Shown here: positions 43,229 through 53,958 of the stretch, piece after piece
Position numbering within the stretch: position 1 is the first letter of the stretch
Layout of the letters: each line of letters opens with the position of its first letter
Source of the DNA: Xanthobacteraceae bacterium
Lineage (GTDB): Bacteria > Pseudomonadota > Alphaproteobacteria > Rhizobiales > Xanthobacteraceae
Length of the DNA stretch: 64,000 bases
NCBI GenBank assembly: GCA_049512975.1
Contig: JBEKWO010000005.1
Coordinates: 22,073 to 86,072, forward strand
Reading direction: 5' to 3'
Notes under the pieces: generated by a model
The model's database searches: none
The model's input: only the letters and a program-made list of their open reading frames with translations
Told to the model about the DNA's origin: nothing
Made by a program: the position numbers and the translations under genes

Positions 43229-44890
43229 ATGGCGAAACCCACGATGGGAACACCAATGGCGCCGATCATGATATCCGCGAACCGCCCGACGCGGCGCCGC
43301 CTGCTCACGGGCGCGGCCGGCGCCGCCCTTGCCATGATCGCGGCGCCCGCCGTGTTGCGGCGGGCCGCGGCGCAGAGCTGGCGGGCGGGCGGCACTGGCG
43401 GAGCGGGCGGGGGCGATCCGTTCAGCCTCGGGGTCGCTGCCGGCGCACCCCGTCCTGACGGCTTTGTGCTGTGGACGCGGCTGGCGCCCAAGCCCTTATC
43501 GAACAATCCGGAAACCCCCGGCGGCATGAGCGGCAACGATGTCACCGTGGCCTATGAGATCGCGACCGACCCCGCCATGCGCGACATCGTCCGGCGCGGC
43601 GAAGCAACCGCCGAGCAGGCCTACGCCTATTCGGTGCATCTCGACGTCGCGGGGCTCAAATCCGGCCGGCCGTATTGGTATCGCTTCATGAGCGCCGATG
43701 CCGCGAGCCGCATCGGGCGCGCCGTCACGCTGCCCGCGCCGGGGACGGCGCTCGACCGGCTGCGCTTCGGCTTCGTGTCCTGCTCCAATTACGAGCACGG
43801 CTATTTCTCCGGTTACCGGCATCTGGCCGATGAAAATCCGGAATTCGTGCTCTATCTCGGCGACTACATCTACGAATACATCGAGGAAAAGCGTCCGATC
43901 GTGCGCCGCCACTCCGACGGCATCGAGGCGGCGACGCTGCCGACCTACCGCAATCGCTACGCGCAATATCGGCTCGACCCGGACCTGCAACGGCTCCATG
44001 CCGAGGTCCCGGCGCTGGTCACCTGGGACGACCATGAGGTGCAGAACGATTACGCCGACAAATGGTCGCAATATTTCGACGACCCGGAGCGGTTCCTTGT
44101 TCGGCGCGCGGCGGCCTACCGCGCCTTCTACGAGCACATGCCGGTGCGGCCGATCCTGTCGCGGCCCGAAGGCCCGGCAATGCGGATCTATGATCGCTTC
44201 ACCTTCGGCGACCTCATCGAAATCTCGATGATCGACGGCCGGCAATACCGTTCGCGCGAAGCCTGTTACGCGCCGCCGGACAAGGGCGGCACGCACCTGG
44301 AGACCGACGCGAGCTGTCCGGAGCGGCGTGATGCCGGGCGGACCATGCTCGGCTTCGCGCAGGAAGCGTGGCTTCATTCCGCGCTCGCCCACAGCAAGGC
44401 GCAATGGAATCTGATCGCGCAGGACGTGCTGATGGCGCAGTTCCGATTGAAGCACGACAACGCCGACGCCTTCTCGACGGATGATTGGGACGGCTATCCA
44501 GCCAATCGTGCGCGGCTGCTCAAGCATATCCGCGACACCCGAGTGTCCAATGCGGTCGTTGTCGGCGGCGATGCCCATTCTTTCCTCGCCAACGACCTGC
44601 GGCTGGATTTCGACGATGCGGCATCGCCCGTTGTTGCGACCGAGTTCGTCGGCACCTCGATCTCGGCGTACGGGCCGCCCTACGAATGGATCGCACGGGC
44701 GCTGTCCGACAACCCGCATGTGCATTTCTTCGAAAGCCGGCGGCGCGGCTATGTCTGCGTCGATCTTGAGCGCGCACACATGCAGGTACGCATGCGTGTC
44801 GTCTCCGATGCCGCCGACCCCAAGGCCGACATTGCGACGCTGCGGACGTTCGCGGTCGAGGGCGGCCGTGCCGGCGTAGTGGCGGCTTAA
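43229..44890 (+). CDS. phoD: alkaline phosphatase D family protein with Tat signal
   Basis: RPTRRRLLTGAAGAALAMIAAP is a twin-arginine signal. ...FGFVSCSNYEHGYF...LGDYIYEY...WDDHEVQNDY.... Confidence 0.88.
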   Translation: MAKPTMGTPMAPIMISANRPTRRRLLTGAAGAALAMIAAPAVLRRAAAQSWRAGGTGGAGGGDPFSLGVAAGAPRPDGFVLWTRLAPKPLSNNPETPGGMSGNDVTVAYEIATDPAMRDIVRRGEATAEQAYAYSVHLDVAGLKSGRPYWYRFMSADAASRIGRAVTLPAPGTALDRLRFGFVSCSNYEHGYFSGYRHLADENPEFVLYLGDYIYEYIEEKRPIVRRHSDGIEAATLPTYRNRYAQYRLDPDLQRLHAEVPALVTWDDHEVQNDYADKWSQYFDDPERFLVRRAAAYRAFYEHMPVRPILSRPEGPAMRIYDRFTFGDLIEISMIDGRQYRSREACYAPPDKGGTHLETDASCPERRDAGRTMLGFAQEAWLHSALAHSKAQWNLIAQDVLMAQFRLKHDNADAFSTDDWDGYPANRARLLKHIRDTRVSNAVVVGGDAHSFLANDLRLDFDDAASPVVATEFVGTSISAYGPPYEWIARALSDNPHVHFFESRRRGYVCVDLERAHMQVRMRVVSDAADPKADIATLRTFAVEGGRAGVVAA

Positions 44891-45369
44891 GTTCGCCGTT
44901 CACTGTGTGTTGAAACAGCGATCCCGTCGGTCTGCCGCAGCCCTTCGCCGGCGGCCATTGCGGCTGCGACCGCGACGTTGAGCGAACGCAGGCCGCGGCG
45001 CATCGGGATCGTAAGGCGGGCATCGGCCGCGGCGTGGACCGCTTCTGGCACGCCCGCCGATTCACGCCCGAACAGCAGGATGTCGTCTGCCCGGTAGCGG
45101 TAATCCAGATAGGAGACGGAAGCCGCGGTGGTGAACAGCACCAGACGATGCCCCTGGCTGCTGCGCCAGGCTGCGAAACTTTGCCACGATCGGTGCCGCG
45201 TGATCGCGACGGCGTCGAGGTAGTCCATCCCGGCGCGGCGGAAGGCGCGGTCGGTAACGGGGAAACCGGCCGGCTCGATGATATCGGCCCCGACGCCGAG
45301 GCAGGCGCAGAGCCGCAAAATCGTTCCGGTGTTCTGCGGAATGTCGGGCTCATAGAGGGCGATGCGCAT
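44887..45369 (-). CDS. trmL: tRNA (cytidine/uridine(34)-2'-O)-methyltransferase, SpoU/TrmL type
   Basis: MRIALYEPDIPQNTGTILRLCACLG...LLFGRESAGVP...RSLNVAVAAAMA.... Confidence 0.88.
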   Translation of the reverse strand: MRIALYEPDIPQNTGTILRLCACLGVGADIIEPAGFPVTDRAFRRAGMDYLDAVAITRHRSWQSFAAWRSSQGHRLVLFTTAASVSYLDYRYRADDILLFGRESAGVPEAVHAAADARLTIPMRRGLRSLNVAVAAAMAAGEGLRQTDGIAVSTHSERRT

Positions 45370-45610
45370 GCGGAACACTCGAGACTGGCAGGAGGAGGGC
45401 CGTCAATTGCAAGCTGTTCCCGGCTGCGGCGCGGGCGGACAGGCCGCCGTGCCGAGCTTTCAGGGTGCCCTCGATGGCACACTTGCGCTCTCGCGGTAAG
45501 GGTGCCAATAAAACGCCGCCGGATTGCGTCGTTTCTCTACCTTCCCCGGGTTACTGCTGCCCTATCAACTCGTTTCCAAGACCGCGCCCGAGAACGCACA
45601 AGGTTGGACC

Positions 45611-46879
45611 ATGAGCGGACATTCCATCTACAAACCGCAGAGCCCTCTCATACAATGGCTGGAGCGGCGCCTGCCGGTTGCCAGCCTGGTCTATTCGTCC
45701 TTCATCGTCTATCCGACGCCGCGCAACCTGAACTACTGGTGGACGTTCGGCGCCATTCTCAGCTTCATGCTGGGCGTGCAAATCATCACCGGCATCGTGC
45801 TGGCGATGCATTACACGCCGCATGTCGACTTCGCGTTCAATTCCGTCGAAACGATCATGCGGGACGTCAACTACGGCTGGCTGTTGCGTTACTTGCATGC
45901 CAACGGCGCCTCGTTCTTCTTCGTCGCCGTCTATGCCCACATCGCCCGCGGCATGTATTACGGCTCCTACAAGGAGCCGCGCGAGGTGCTGTGGATCCTC
46001 GGCGTCATCCTGTTCTTGCTGATGGTGGTCACCGGCTTCATGGGCTACGTGCTGCCGTGGGGCCAGATGAGCTTCTGGGCGGCGACCGTCATCACCAACC
46101 TGTTCTCGGCGTTCCCGATCGTCGGCGACCCCATCGTCACCTGGCTGTGGGGCGGCTACGCGGTCGGCAATCCGACGCTCAATCGTTTCTACTCGCTGCA
46201 CTACCTGTTGCCGTTCGTCATCGCCGGCGTCGTGGTGCTTCACGTCTGGGCGCTGCACGTGGTCGGGCAAAACAACCCGACCGGCGTCGAGCCGAAGACC
46301 GAGAAGGATACCGTTGCCTTCACGCCCTGCGCGACCGTCAAGGACGCCTTCTTTATCGGCGTGTTCTGCCTGTTCCTTGTCTGGTTCGTCTTTTACATCC
46401 CCAACTATCTCGGCCATTCCGACAATTACATTCCGGCTAATCCCAGCCAGACCCCGACGCACATCGTTCCGGAATGGTACTATCTGCCGTTCTACGCCAT
46501 TCTCCGCGCCATCCCGAGCAAGCTTTTCGGCGTCATCGCACTTGGCGGCTCGATCGTCCTGCTCGCCTTTCTGCCGTGGCTCGATACCTCGCGTGTACGC
46601 TCGGCGAATTATCGGCCGCTCTACCGGCAGTTTCTGCTGATTTTCTTCTTAGTCGTGATCGGCCTGGGTTATCTCGGCTCGAAGCCGCCGGAGGGCGGCT
46701 ACGTGATCGCGGGGCGGATCTTGACCGTGTATTACTTCGCGTTCCTGTTGATCATCCTGCCGCTGCTCGGGTTGTTCGAGAAAACCAAACCGCTGCCGAA
46801 CTCGATCTCGGAGGCGGTGCTGCGCGAAGGCGTTCCGCTCGGTGCCTCGGCGCCGCCGCCGTCGGGCGGACGGGCTTAA
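45611..46879 (+). CDS. petB: cytochrome b of the bc1 complex
   Basis: [23 protein letters not shown]...NLNYWWTFG...[12 protein letters not shown]...[13 protein letters not shown].... Confidence 0.95.
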   Translation: MSGHSIYKPQSPLIQWLERRLPVASLVYSSFIVYPTPRNLNYWWTFGAILSFMLGVQIITGIVLAMHYTPHVDFAFNSVETIMRDVNYGWLLRYLHANGASFFFVAVYAHIARGMYYGSYKEPREVLWILGVILFLLMVVTGFMGYVLPWGQMSFWAATVITNLFSAFPIVGDPIVTWLWGGYAVGNPTLNRFYSLHYLLPFVIAGVVVLHVWALHVVGQNNPTGVEPKTEKDTVAFTPCATVKDAFFIGVFCLFLVWFVFYIPNYLGHSDNYIPANPSQTPTHIVPEWYYLPFYAILRAIPSKLFGVIALGGSIVLLAFLPWLDTSRVRSANYRPLYRQFLLIFFLVVIGLGYLGSKPPEGGYVIAGRILTVYYFAFLLIILPLLGLFEKTKPLPNSISEAVLREGVPLGASAPPPSGGRA

Positions 46880-46890
46880 AGGGGCCGGCC

Positions 46891-47781
46891 ATGAACCTTC
46901 ATCGCAGCACCATCCTCGCGCTCGCGGTCGCGGCATCTCTCTCGGCGCCTTGCCTGCGAGCGGCGCTGGCGCAAGAGCAGGAAGTTCCGCCGCCGCCGCA
47001 ACGTTGGTCGTTTGCCGGGCCGTTCGGGCTCTACGATCCGGAGCAGCTCCAGCGCGGCTTCAAGATCTATCGTGAGGTCTGCTCCACCTGTCACGGCCTG
47101 AAGCTGTTGGCGTTCCGCAACCTCGCCGATCCCGGCGGCCCCGGCTTCACCGAAGCGCAGGCGGAGGCGATCGCGGCCGGATTTCAGGTGACCGACGGTC
47201 CGAACGACCAGGGCCAGATGTTCCAGCGGCCTGGCCGGCTGGCCGATCATTTCCAGCCGCCGTTTCCCAACGATCAGGCGGCGCGCGCCGCGCTGGGCGG
47301 AGCGTTGCCGCCCGATATGTCGGTGCTTGCCAAGGGGCGCGGCTACGAGCGCGGCTTTCCGTGGTTTATTTTCGACGCCATCACGCAATACCAGGAGGAA
47401 GGCCCCGACTACATCCACGCCCTTCTCAACGGTTACGAGAATCCGCCTGCCGGCTTCACGCTGCCGCCGGGCGCGGAGTATAACAAATATTTCCCCGGCC
47501 ATGCCATCGGCATGCCCAAGCCGCTGAGCGACGGCCAGGTCGCTTATACCGACGGCACTCCCACCACAGTGGATCAATATGGCCGCGACATCGCCGCTTT
47601 CCTGGCCTGGGCGTCGGAGCCGAAGCTCGATGAGCGCAAGCGGCTCGGCTTCCAGGTGTTCGTGTATCTCATCGTGCTGACCGGCCTGCTCTATTTCACC
47701 AAGAAGCGCATCTGGCATGAGGTCAAGCATCACCCCGAGCTCACCGAGCCGCGGCCGCCGACCGAATACCGGCGCAGCTGA
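46891..47781 (+). CDS. petC: cytochrome c1
   Basis: It has its own ATG 11 nt after the petB stop. Signal peptide MNLHRSTILALAVAASLSAPCLRAALA, haem motif CSTCHGL, and a C-terminal TM anchor. Confidence 0.92.
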   Translation: MNLHRSTILALAVAASLSAPCLRAALAQEQEVPPPPQRWSFAGPFGLYDPEQLQRGFKIYREVCSTCHGLKLLAFRNLADPGGPGFTEAQAEAIAAGFQVTDGPNDQGQMFQRPGRLADHFQPPFPNDQAARAALGGALPPDMSVLAKGRGYERGFPWFIFDAITQYQEEGPDYIHALLNGYENPPAGFTLPPGAEYNKYFPGHAIGMPKPLSDGQVAYTDGTPTTVDQYGRDIAAFLAWASEPKLDERKRLGFQVFVYLIVLTGLLYFTKKRIWHEVKHHPELTEPRPPTEYRRS

Positions 47782-47788
47782 TTTCCGC

Positions 47789-47989
47789 TCAGAACGACCA
47801 GCGCCGCATCATGAGGAAGCCGCCGTCGCCGAAGACGGCGGCGATAGCGGCGGCCAGCAGCGTCAGCAGGAAACCGACGATGATCGCCGCCGGAATGGCG
47901 GCGAGCGCCGCTTTGACGAAGAACAGCACCAGGCGGACAAACGGGATGCGCAGGTCGACGATGACAAAGCGCTGGGCGGTATCGCTCAT
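47789..47989 (-). CDS. small hypothetical membrane protein (66 aa)
   Basis: It has a hydrophobic core (PFVRLVLFFVKAALAAIPAAIIVGFLLTLLAAAIAAVF). I do not recognise a family. Confidence 0.45.
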   Translation of the reverse strand: MSDTAQRFVIVDLRIPFVRLVLFFVKAALAAIPAAIIVGFLLTLLAAAIAAVFGDGGFLMMRRWSF

Positions 47990-48150
47990 GACGAGGTTCT
48001 CCGGTTGCGTCGGCCATCATCGTTCGCCAGAGTGCGGCTGGCTGCAAGTCCGCCTTGCCGGGATGCAATGGATGTGCTGCTGGGATGAATGAACCCGGAT
48101 GACTGGCTTAAATTTCCGCTCGTCGCGTGCAGCAATGAGCGGAGGATGAG

Positions 48151-48711
48151 ATGGGCCCGACCATGACCACCGTGGCGTTCGACAATGACCTCAAGGCTGC
48201 GATCCGCAGCATTCCGGATTATCCCAAACCGGGCATCATGTTTCGCGACATCACCACGCTCCTCGGCGACGCGCGGGCGTTCCGCCGCACCGTCGATGAG
48301 CTGGTGCAGCCCTGGGCCGGCGGCAAGATCGACAAGGTTGCCGGGATCGAGGCGCGCGGTTTCATCCTCGGCGGCGCCGTCGCCCATCAGGTTTCGGCCG
48401 GCTTCGTCCCGATCCGAAAAAAGGGCAAGCTGCCGTTCAAGCGCGTGAGCATCGGCTATTCGCTCGAATACGGCATCGACGAAATGGAGATGCACGAGGA
48501 CGCGGTAGCCAAAGGCGAGCGCGTGATCCTGGTCGACGATCTGGTCGCCACCGGCGGCACCGCCGAGGCCGCGGTCAAGCTGTTGAAACAGCTTGGCGCC
48601 GATGTTTTGGCCGCCTGCTTCATCGTCGATCTGCCGGATCTTGGTGGCGCCGACAAGATCAGGAGGCTCGGCGTGCCGGTCCGCACGCTGGTCAGCTTCG
48701 AGGGGCATTAG
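48151..48711 (+). CDS. apt: adenine phosphoribosyltransferase
   Basis: ...[18 protein letters not shown]...[14 protein letters not shown].... A GGAGGA Shine-Dalgarno sequence lies upstream. Confidence 0.93.
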   Translation: MGPTMTTVAFDNDLKAAIRSIPDYPKPGIMFRDITTLLGDARAFRRTVDELVQPWAGGKIDKVAGIEARGFILGGAVAHQVSAGFVPIRKKGKLPFKRVSIGYSLEYGIDEMEMHEDAVAKGERVILVDDLVATGGTAEAAVKLLKQLGADVLAACFIVDLPDLGGADKIRRLGVPVRTLVSFEGH

Positions 48712-48846
48712 CGGCGCAGCACCGGCGTCGCGTGTCGCATTGCCGCGGGCGGGGCGGCGCCTATATCACCTGCATTGGCCGGCCCTCTGGCGGAATCAAG
48801 GCCGCGAGGGCAGACTGGCCGAGGACCCAAGTAGAGGCCACCCCCC

Positions 48847-51800
48847 ATGGCGCTGCGCGACGTCAATCTGGACGACAAATACGACCTCGGCCACAGCCAC
48901 GTGTTCGTCACCGGGTTCCAGGCGCTGGTTCGCCTCTGCCTGATGCAGAAGGAACTCGACCGCCGCCGCGGGCTCAATACCGCGGGCTACGTTACCGGCT
49001 ATCGCGGCTCGCCGCTGGGCGGTCTCGACGGCCAGTTCCAACGCGCTGCACCGTTCCTGACCAAGAGCGACGTCCGCTTCCAGGGCGGAATCAATGAGGA
49101 CTTGGCCGCCACCGCGGTGTGGGGCACCCAACAGGCCGAGTTGCGCGGCGAAGGCAAATACGACGGCGTCTTTGCCATGTGGTATGGCAAGGGCCCCGGC
49201 GTCGACCGCACCGGCGACGTCTTCCGCCATGCCAATCTGGCCGGCACCGCCAAAAACGGCGGCGTGCTGGCGTTGATGGGCGACGACCACACCGCCGAAT
49301 CTTCGACCACGGCGCACCAGTCCGAATACCACTTCATCGACGTCATGATTCCGATCCTCAATCCGGCGGGGGTGCAGGAGGTTCTCGACTACGGTCTCTA
49401 CGGCTGGGCCATGTCGCGCTTCACCGGCGCCTGGGTCGCGCTGAAGACGATGCACGAGACCATCGAGTCGACCGCCGCCGTCGACGCCAGCCTGGAGCGG
49501 ATCAACATCGTCATCCCGAGCGATTTTCAGATACCGGAAGGCGCGCTGAACATCCGGCTCAACGATCCCATCCTGGCGCAGGAAGCCCGGCTGCATGACT
49601 TCAAGCGCGACGCCATGCTCGCCTTCGTGCGCGCCAACAAGCTCAACCGCACCATCACCTCGGGCGGGCGCGATCCGAAGATCGGCATCATCACCACTGG
49701 CAAGAGCTATCTCGACGTCCGCCAGGCGTTCGATGAGCTCGGCATCGACGAGGTCAAATGCAACGAACTGGGCCTGCGCCTTTACAAGGTGGGATGCCCT
49801 TGGCCGCTCAGCCGGCGTGAGCTCCAGGACTTCGCCAGCGGGCTCGATCTTGTCATCGTGGTCGAGGAGAAGCGCTCGCTGATCGAGGTGCAGGTCCGCG
49901 AGGAGCTCTACGGCACGGCCAACCAGCCGGTCTGCATCGGCAAGCGCGACGAAGAGGGCAATTGGCTGTTCCCGGTCAAGGGTGCGCTCGATCCCAACGA
50001 GGTCGCGATCTGCATCGGTGAGCGACTGTTGAAGTACCACCGCAACGACGACATCGCGCAGCGTGTGGCGCGCTTGAAGGAATTCCAGCGCATCGCGGCG
50101 GAGACGCGCGACATCGCCCAGCGCATTCCTTATTTCTGCTCCGGCTGTCCGCATAATTCGTCGACCGTGGTGCCGGAGGGCATGCGCGCCTATGCCGGAA
50201 TCGGCTGCCATTTCATGGCGCAGTGGATGGACCGTTCGACGCTCGGCTACACGCAAATGGGCGGCGAGGGCGCCAACTGGGTCGGCGAGGCGCCGTTCTC
50301 CAATCGCGCTCACGTTTTCCAGAATATCGGCGACGGTACCTACAACCATTCCGGCTACATGGCGATCCGCGCCGCGATCGCCGCCAAGACCAACATCACC
50401 TACAAGATCTTGTTCAACGACGCTGTGGCAATGACCGGCGGCCAGGCCAATGACGGCGGCCTGACCGTCCCGCAAGTCGCCCGCCAGGTCGCCGCCGAAG
50501 GCGCCAAGCGGGTGGTCGTGGTCACCGACGAGCCGGACAAATATCCGCGCGGCACGGCATGGCCGGCCGGCCTCACCGTGCACCATCGCGACGATTTGAT
50601 GGAAGTGCAGAAACAGCTCGCGGAAATTCCCGGCGTCACCGTGCTGATCTACGACCAGACCTGTGCGGCGGAAAAGCGCCGCCGCCGCAAGCGCCACACG
50701 TTTCCCGATCCCGATAAGCGCGTCATCATCAACGAACTCATCTGCGAGGGCTGCGGCGATTGTGGCGTGAAGTCGAACTGCGTCTCGGTGCAGCCGCTGG
50801 AGACCGAGTGGGGACGAAAGCGCACCATCGATCAATCGAGCTGCAACAAGGACTTTTCCTGCGTCAAGGGCTTCTGCCCGTCCTTCGTCACCGTGCACGG
50901 CGCCAAGCTGAAGAAGGGTGCCGGCGTCGCCGCCGATCACGAGCTGCCGGTGCTGCCCGAGCCGAAGCTGCCGGCCATTGCGCGGACCTACAACATCATC
51001 GTCACCGGCGTCGGCGGCACCGGCATCGTCACCATCGGCGGCATCTTGGGCATGGCCGCGCATCTTGAAGGCCGCGGCGTCGGCGTGCTCGACATGGCAG
51101 GCCTGGCGCAGAAGGGCGGCGCGGTGTTCAGTTACATTCGCTTCGCCGAAAACCCCGAAGACATCCACGCCATCCGCGTCGCCGCCGGCCGCGCCGATCT
51201 CGTGCTCGGCGGCGACATCGTGGTCGCCGGCACGCGCAAGGTGCTCGCCGCGGTCAAGCGTGGTGCCACCGAAATGGTGGTCAATACCGCGGAATTCCTG
51301 CCCGGCGAATTTACCCGCAACGCCGATTTTTCGCTGCCGAGCGAACGGCTCAAGCGCACCATCACCGCCGATGCCGGCAGCGACAAGACGCATTTCATCA
51401 ATGCCACGCGCTTGACCACTGCGCTGTTCGGGCAATCGATCGGCAGCAACATGTTCCTGGTCGGCTACGCCTATCAGCTTGGCGCCATTCCGTTGTCGGC
51501 GACCGCCATCGAGCGGGCGATCGAGCTCAACGGCGAGGCGGTCGGCATGAACAAGGCTGTCTTCCACTGGGGGCGCCGCGCCGCAGTCGATCGCGCGCAA
51601 GTCGAAGCGCTGGCCAGCCCGGCGGCGGCGGCGACCAGCGACGCGCGGCATCTCTCCGAATCGTTCGATGAGACGGTAGCGCGGCGGGTGAAGTTCCTCA
51701 CCGCTTATCAGAATGCCGCCTACGCGGCGCGCTACCAGGCGGCGGTCGACCGGGTCAAGGCGGCGGAGGCCGCGCGCGCGCCCGGCAAGTGCGGGCTGGC

Positions 51801-52326
51801 CGATGCGGTGGCGCGCTATCTCTTCAAGCTGATGGCTTACAAGGACGAGTACGAGGTGGCGCGGCTCTATAGCGACGTCGCCTTCCTCCAGCAGGTTGCC
51901 GGCACGTTCGAGGGCGAGAATCTGCGCTTCGAGTTTCATCTGGCGCCGCCGCTGCTGGCGCGGCGCGACCGCACCACCGGACTGCCGCGCAAGATGAGTT
52001 TCGGCCCCTGGCTGTTGCCGGCCTTCCGGCTGCTGGCGAAGCTCAAATTCCTGCGCGGCACGCTGTTCGATCCATTCGGCCGCACGCTCGAGCGCCGCAC
52101 CGAGCGCAAGCTGATCGAGGACTACGAGTCCATGCTCGATCAGGTGCTCGCCGCGCTGACGTCCGACAATCACCACCTCGCGGTCGGACTGGCGGCGATC
52201 CCGGAGAAGATCCGCGGCTTCGGCTACGTCAAGGAGCGGCATCTCCTCGCCGCCAAGGCCGACGAGGCGGCTCTCCTTGAACAATTCCGCGCCGGCTCAC
52301 CGGTGCTGCTCAAAGCCGCGGAATGA
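48847..52326 (+). CDS. indolepyruvate ferredoxin oxidoreductase family protein (fused alpha-beta, 1159 aa)
   Basis: It has the N-terminal LDDKY motif, a TPP-binding region GDGTYNHSG, a ferredoxin-like cluster CEGCGDCGVKSNC, and a GGTGIVT nucleotide-like loop. Confidence 0.88.
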   Translation: MALRDVNLDDKYDLGHSHVFVTGFQALVRLCLMQKELDRRRGLNTAGYVTGYRGSPLGGLDGQFQRAAPFLTKSDVRFQGGINEDLAATAVWGTQQAELRGEGKYDGVFAMWYGKGPGVDRTGDVFRHANLAGTAKNGGVLALMGDDHTAESSTTAHQSEYHFIDVMIPILNPAGVQEVLDYGLYGWAMSRFTGAWVALKTMHETIESTAAVDASLERINIVIPSDFQIPEGALNIRLNDPILAQEARLHDFKRDAMLAFVRANKLNRTITSGGRDPKIGIITTGKSYLDVRQAFDELGIDEVKCNELGLRLYKVGCPWPLSRRELQDFASGLDLVIVVEEKRSLIEVQVREELYGTANQPVCIGKRDEEGNWLFPVKGALDPNEVAICIGERLLKYHRNDDIAQRVARLKEFQRIAAETRDIAQRIPYFCSGCPHNSSTVVPEGMRAYAGIGCHFMAQWMDRSTLGYTQMGGEGANWVGEAPFSNRAHVFQNIGDGTYNHSGYMAIRAAIAAKTNITYKILFNDAVAMTGGQANDGGLTVPQVARQVAAEGAKRVVVVTDEPDKYPRGTAWPAGLTVHHRDDLMEVQKQLAEIPGVTVLIYDQTCAAEKRRRRKRHTFPDPDKRVIINELICEGCGDCGVKSNCVSVQPLETEWGRKRTIDQSSCNKDFSCVKGFCPSFVTVHGAKLKKGAGVAADHELPVLPEPKLPAIARTYNIIVTGVGGTGIVTIGGILGMAAHLEGRGVGVLDMAGLAQKGGAVFSYIRFAENPEDIHAIRVAAGRADLVLGGDIVVAGTRKVLAAVKRGATEMVVNTAEFLPGEFTRNADFSLPSERLKRTITADAGSDKTHFINATRLTTALFGQSIGSNMFLVGYAYQLGAIPLSATAIERAIELNGEAVGMNKAVFHWGRRAAVDRAQVEALASPAAAATSDARHLSESFDETVARRVKFLTAYQNAAYAARYQAAVDRVKAAEAARAPGKCGLADAVARYLFKLMAYKDEYEVARLYSDVAFLQQVAGTFEGENLRFEFHLAPPLLARRDRTTGLPRKMSFGPWLLPAFRLLAKLKFLRGTLFDPFGRTLERRTERKLIEDYESMLDQVLAALTSDNHHLAVGLAAIPEKIRGFGYVKERHLLAAKADEAALLEQFRAGSPVLLKAAE

Positions 52327-52414
52327 TGCCGTCAGACGGTTGAGATGCGTGCTGCAGCCAAATACGTCGGCGAGCGTTGGCTCGCGACCAATCAAGTTGC
52401 GTGGGGCGCGCCGA

Positions 52415-52669
52415 TCATATGCCGTGGCCCTTCAGCATCTCGTTGCACGCTTTACTGAGTTTCGCCCGATGCTCCTGCAAGCAGGACAACATTTCGAATT
52501 GATCCGGAGGCAGGTCGCGCTGCGCAGGAAATACGTGCTGGCAATAGCGGTGGGTGTCGGCCTTGCATGCGTCGTCGCCCGGCGCGGCGTTTGGCCGGAC
52601 TCGGTTTTGCGCTGAGGCGACATTCGCGATCAAAAATAAGGCCATGACCAACGAGATACCGCGAACCAT
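52415..52669 (-). CDS. small secreted cysteine-rich-repeat protein
   Basis: MVRGISLVMALFLIANVASA is a signal peptide. The 4-Cys pattern is C-x5-C ... C-x11-C (ACKADTHRYC...SCLQEHRAKLSKAC). Confidence 0.55.
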   Translation of the reverse strand: MVRGISLVMALFLIANVASAQNRVRPNAAPGDDACKADTHRYCQHVFPAQRDLPPDQFEMLSCLQEHRAKLSKACNEMLKGHGI

Positions 52670-52827
52670 GATCGCTTCCTTGTTGAGGCGATAAATCGGT
52701 ATGCCGCCGAATAGGGCCACATTGAGGTTTCGGCCGTCAATGCGCAAATGCGTCCTGCCGGCAGGTATTTACGCGGCGTGGCGTTTGCGCGCATGCAAGG
52801 GAATTCGCAATCGAGTATGGTGAAGCC

Positions 52828-53958
52828 ATGAACGACGTGCCGCCCGTCCCGCCAATTCCGGACACGCCTGCCGACGAACTGGCGCCGCCCATTCAGCCGG
52901 GTGAGCCCGAGCGGCCGATGGTCGGGCCGGCTCTCGGCGAGCCGGCCGCCCCGGCCGCGGCGCCGGCGGCATCCGGTATCGGCGTGCTCCTGGTCAATCT
53001 CGGCACGCCGGACGCCGCCGAGCCGGCGGCGGTCCGCCGTTATCTGAAGGAATTCCTCACCGATCCGCGCGTGATCGAGAAAAATTCGCTGCTTTGGAAA
53101 TTCGTGCTCAACGGGATCATCCTGCCGCTGCGGTCGCGGCGCAAGGCGCGCGATTACCAGAAAATCTGGAACAACGAGAAGGATGAATCGCCGCTCAAGA
53201 CCATCACCCGGTCGCAGGCGGAAAAACTCGCCGGCATTCTCGAGCCGCTCGGCCAGCATGTCGTCGTCGACTGGGCGATGCGCTACGCCAATCCCTCGAT
53301 CGTGTCGCGGCTCGAGGCGCTGATCGCCAGCGGTTGCGACCGCATCCTGCTCATGCCGCTCTATCCGCAATATGCGGCGCCGACCACCGCGACGGTGTGC
53401 GACGAGGTGTTCCGCTATCTGATGACGCTGCGCCGGCAGCCGGCGTTGCGCATCCTGCCGGCCTACTACGACGATCCGTATTACATCGAGGTGCTGGCAT
53501 CTTCGCTCAAGGCCGAGCTGAAGGCGCTGCCGTTCGCGCCGGACGTCATCGTCGCCTCCTATCACGGCATGCCGCAGGAGTACGTGCAAAAGGGCGATCC
53601 GTACGAAAGCCAGTGCGTGACCACGACGCAGCTGTTGCGCGCGCAACTCGGCTACGACGAAAACAAGCTGATGTTGACCTACCAGTCCCGCTTCGGCCGC
53701 GCCCGCTGGCTGCAGCCCTACACGATCAAGACGGTGAAGGCGCTCGCCAAGAAGGGCGTGAAGAACCTGGTCATGATCATGCCCGGTTTCTCCGCCGATT
53801 GTCTGGAAACGCTGGACGAGATCGCGGTCGAGAACGCGCACGTGTTCAAGCGCTACGGCGGGCAGAACTTCGCCACCATACCGTGCCTCAACGACAGCGA
53901 GGCCGGCATGCTGATGATCTGGCAGCTCGCCATGCGCGAGCTCAAGGGCTGGGTGTGA
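52828..53958 (+). CDS. hemH: ferrochelatase
   Basis: ...GVLLVNLGTPD...LPLYPQY...ASYHGMP...LTYQSRFG.... It has a Pro-rich N-terminal extension. Confidence 0.92.
   Translation: MNDVPPVPPIPDTPADELAPPIQPGEPERPMVGPALGEPAAPAAAPAASGIGVLLVNLGTPDAAEPAAVRRYLKEFLTDPRVIEKNSLLWKFVLNGIILPLRSRRKARDYQKIWNNEKDESPLKTITRSQAEKLAGILEPLGQHVVVDWAMRYANPSIVSRLEALIASGCDRILLMPLYPQYAAPTTATVCDEVFRYLMTLRRQPALRILPAYYDDPYYIEVLASSLKAELKALPFAPDVIVASYHGMPQEYVQKGDPYESQCVTTTQLLRAQLGYDENKLMLTYQSRFGRARWLQPYTIKTVKALAKKGVKNLVMIMPGFSADCLETLDEIAVENAHVFKRYGGQNFATIPCLNDSEAGMLMIWQLAMRELKGWV

Noticed and set aside
43496-44779. 427-aa minus-strand ORF
   Set aside because: It is antisense to the PhoD-family phosphatase gene, which has a Tat signal and metallophosphatase motifs.
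46474-46890. Upstream extension of the cytochrome c1 ORF (the track starts it at 46474), suggesting a b-c1 fusion
   Set aside because: The extension overlaps the petB 3' end in another frame and translates to Arg-rich junk. The ATG at 46891 is followed by a proper signal peptide.
48796-52284. 1162-aa minus-strand ORF, the longest in the track
   Set aside because: It lies exactly antisense to the indolepyruvate:ferredoxin oxidoreductase gene, which has clear TPP and Fe-S motifs. Its translation is Arg/Ala/Gly/Asp-rich with no recognisable motif. This is a typical high-GC shadow ORF.
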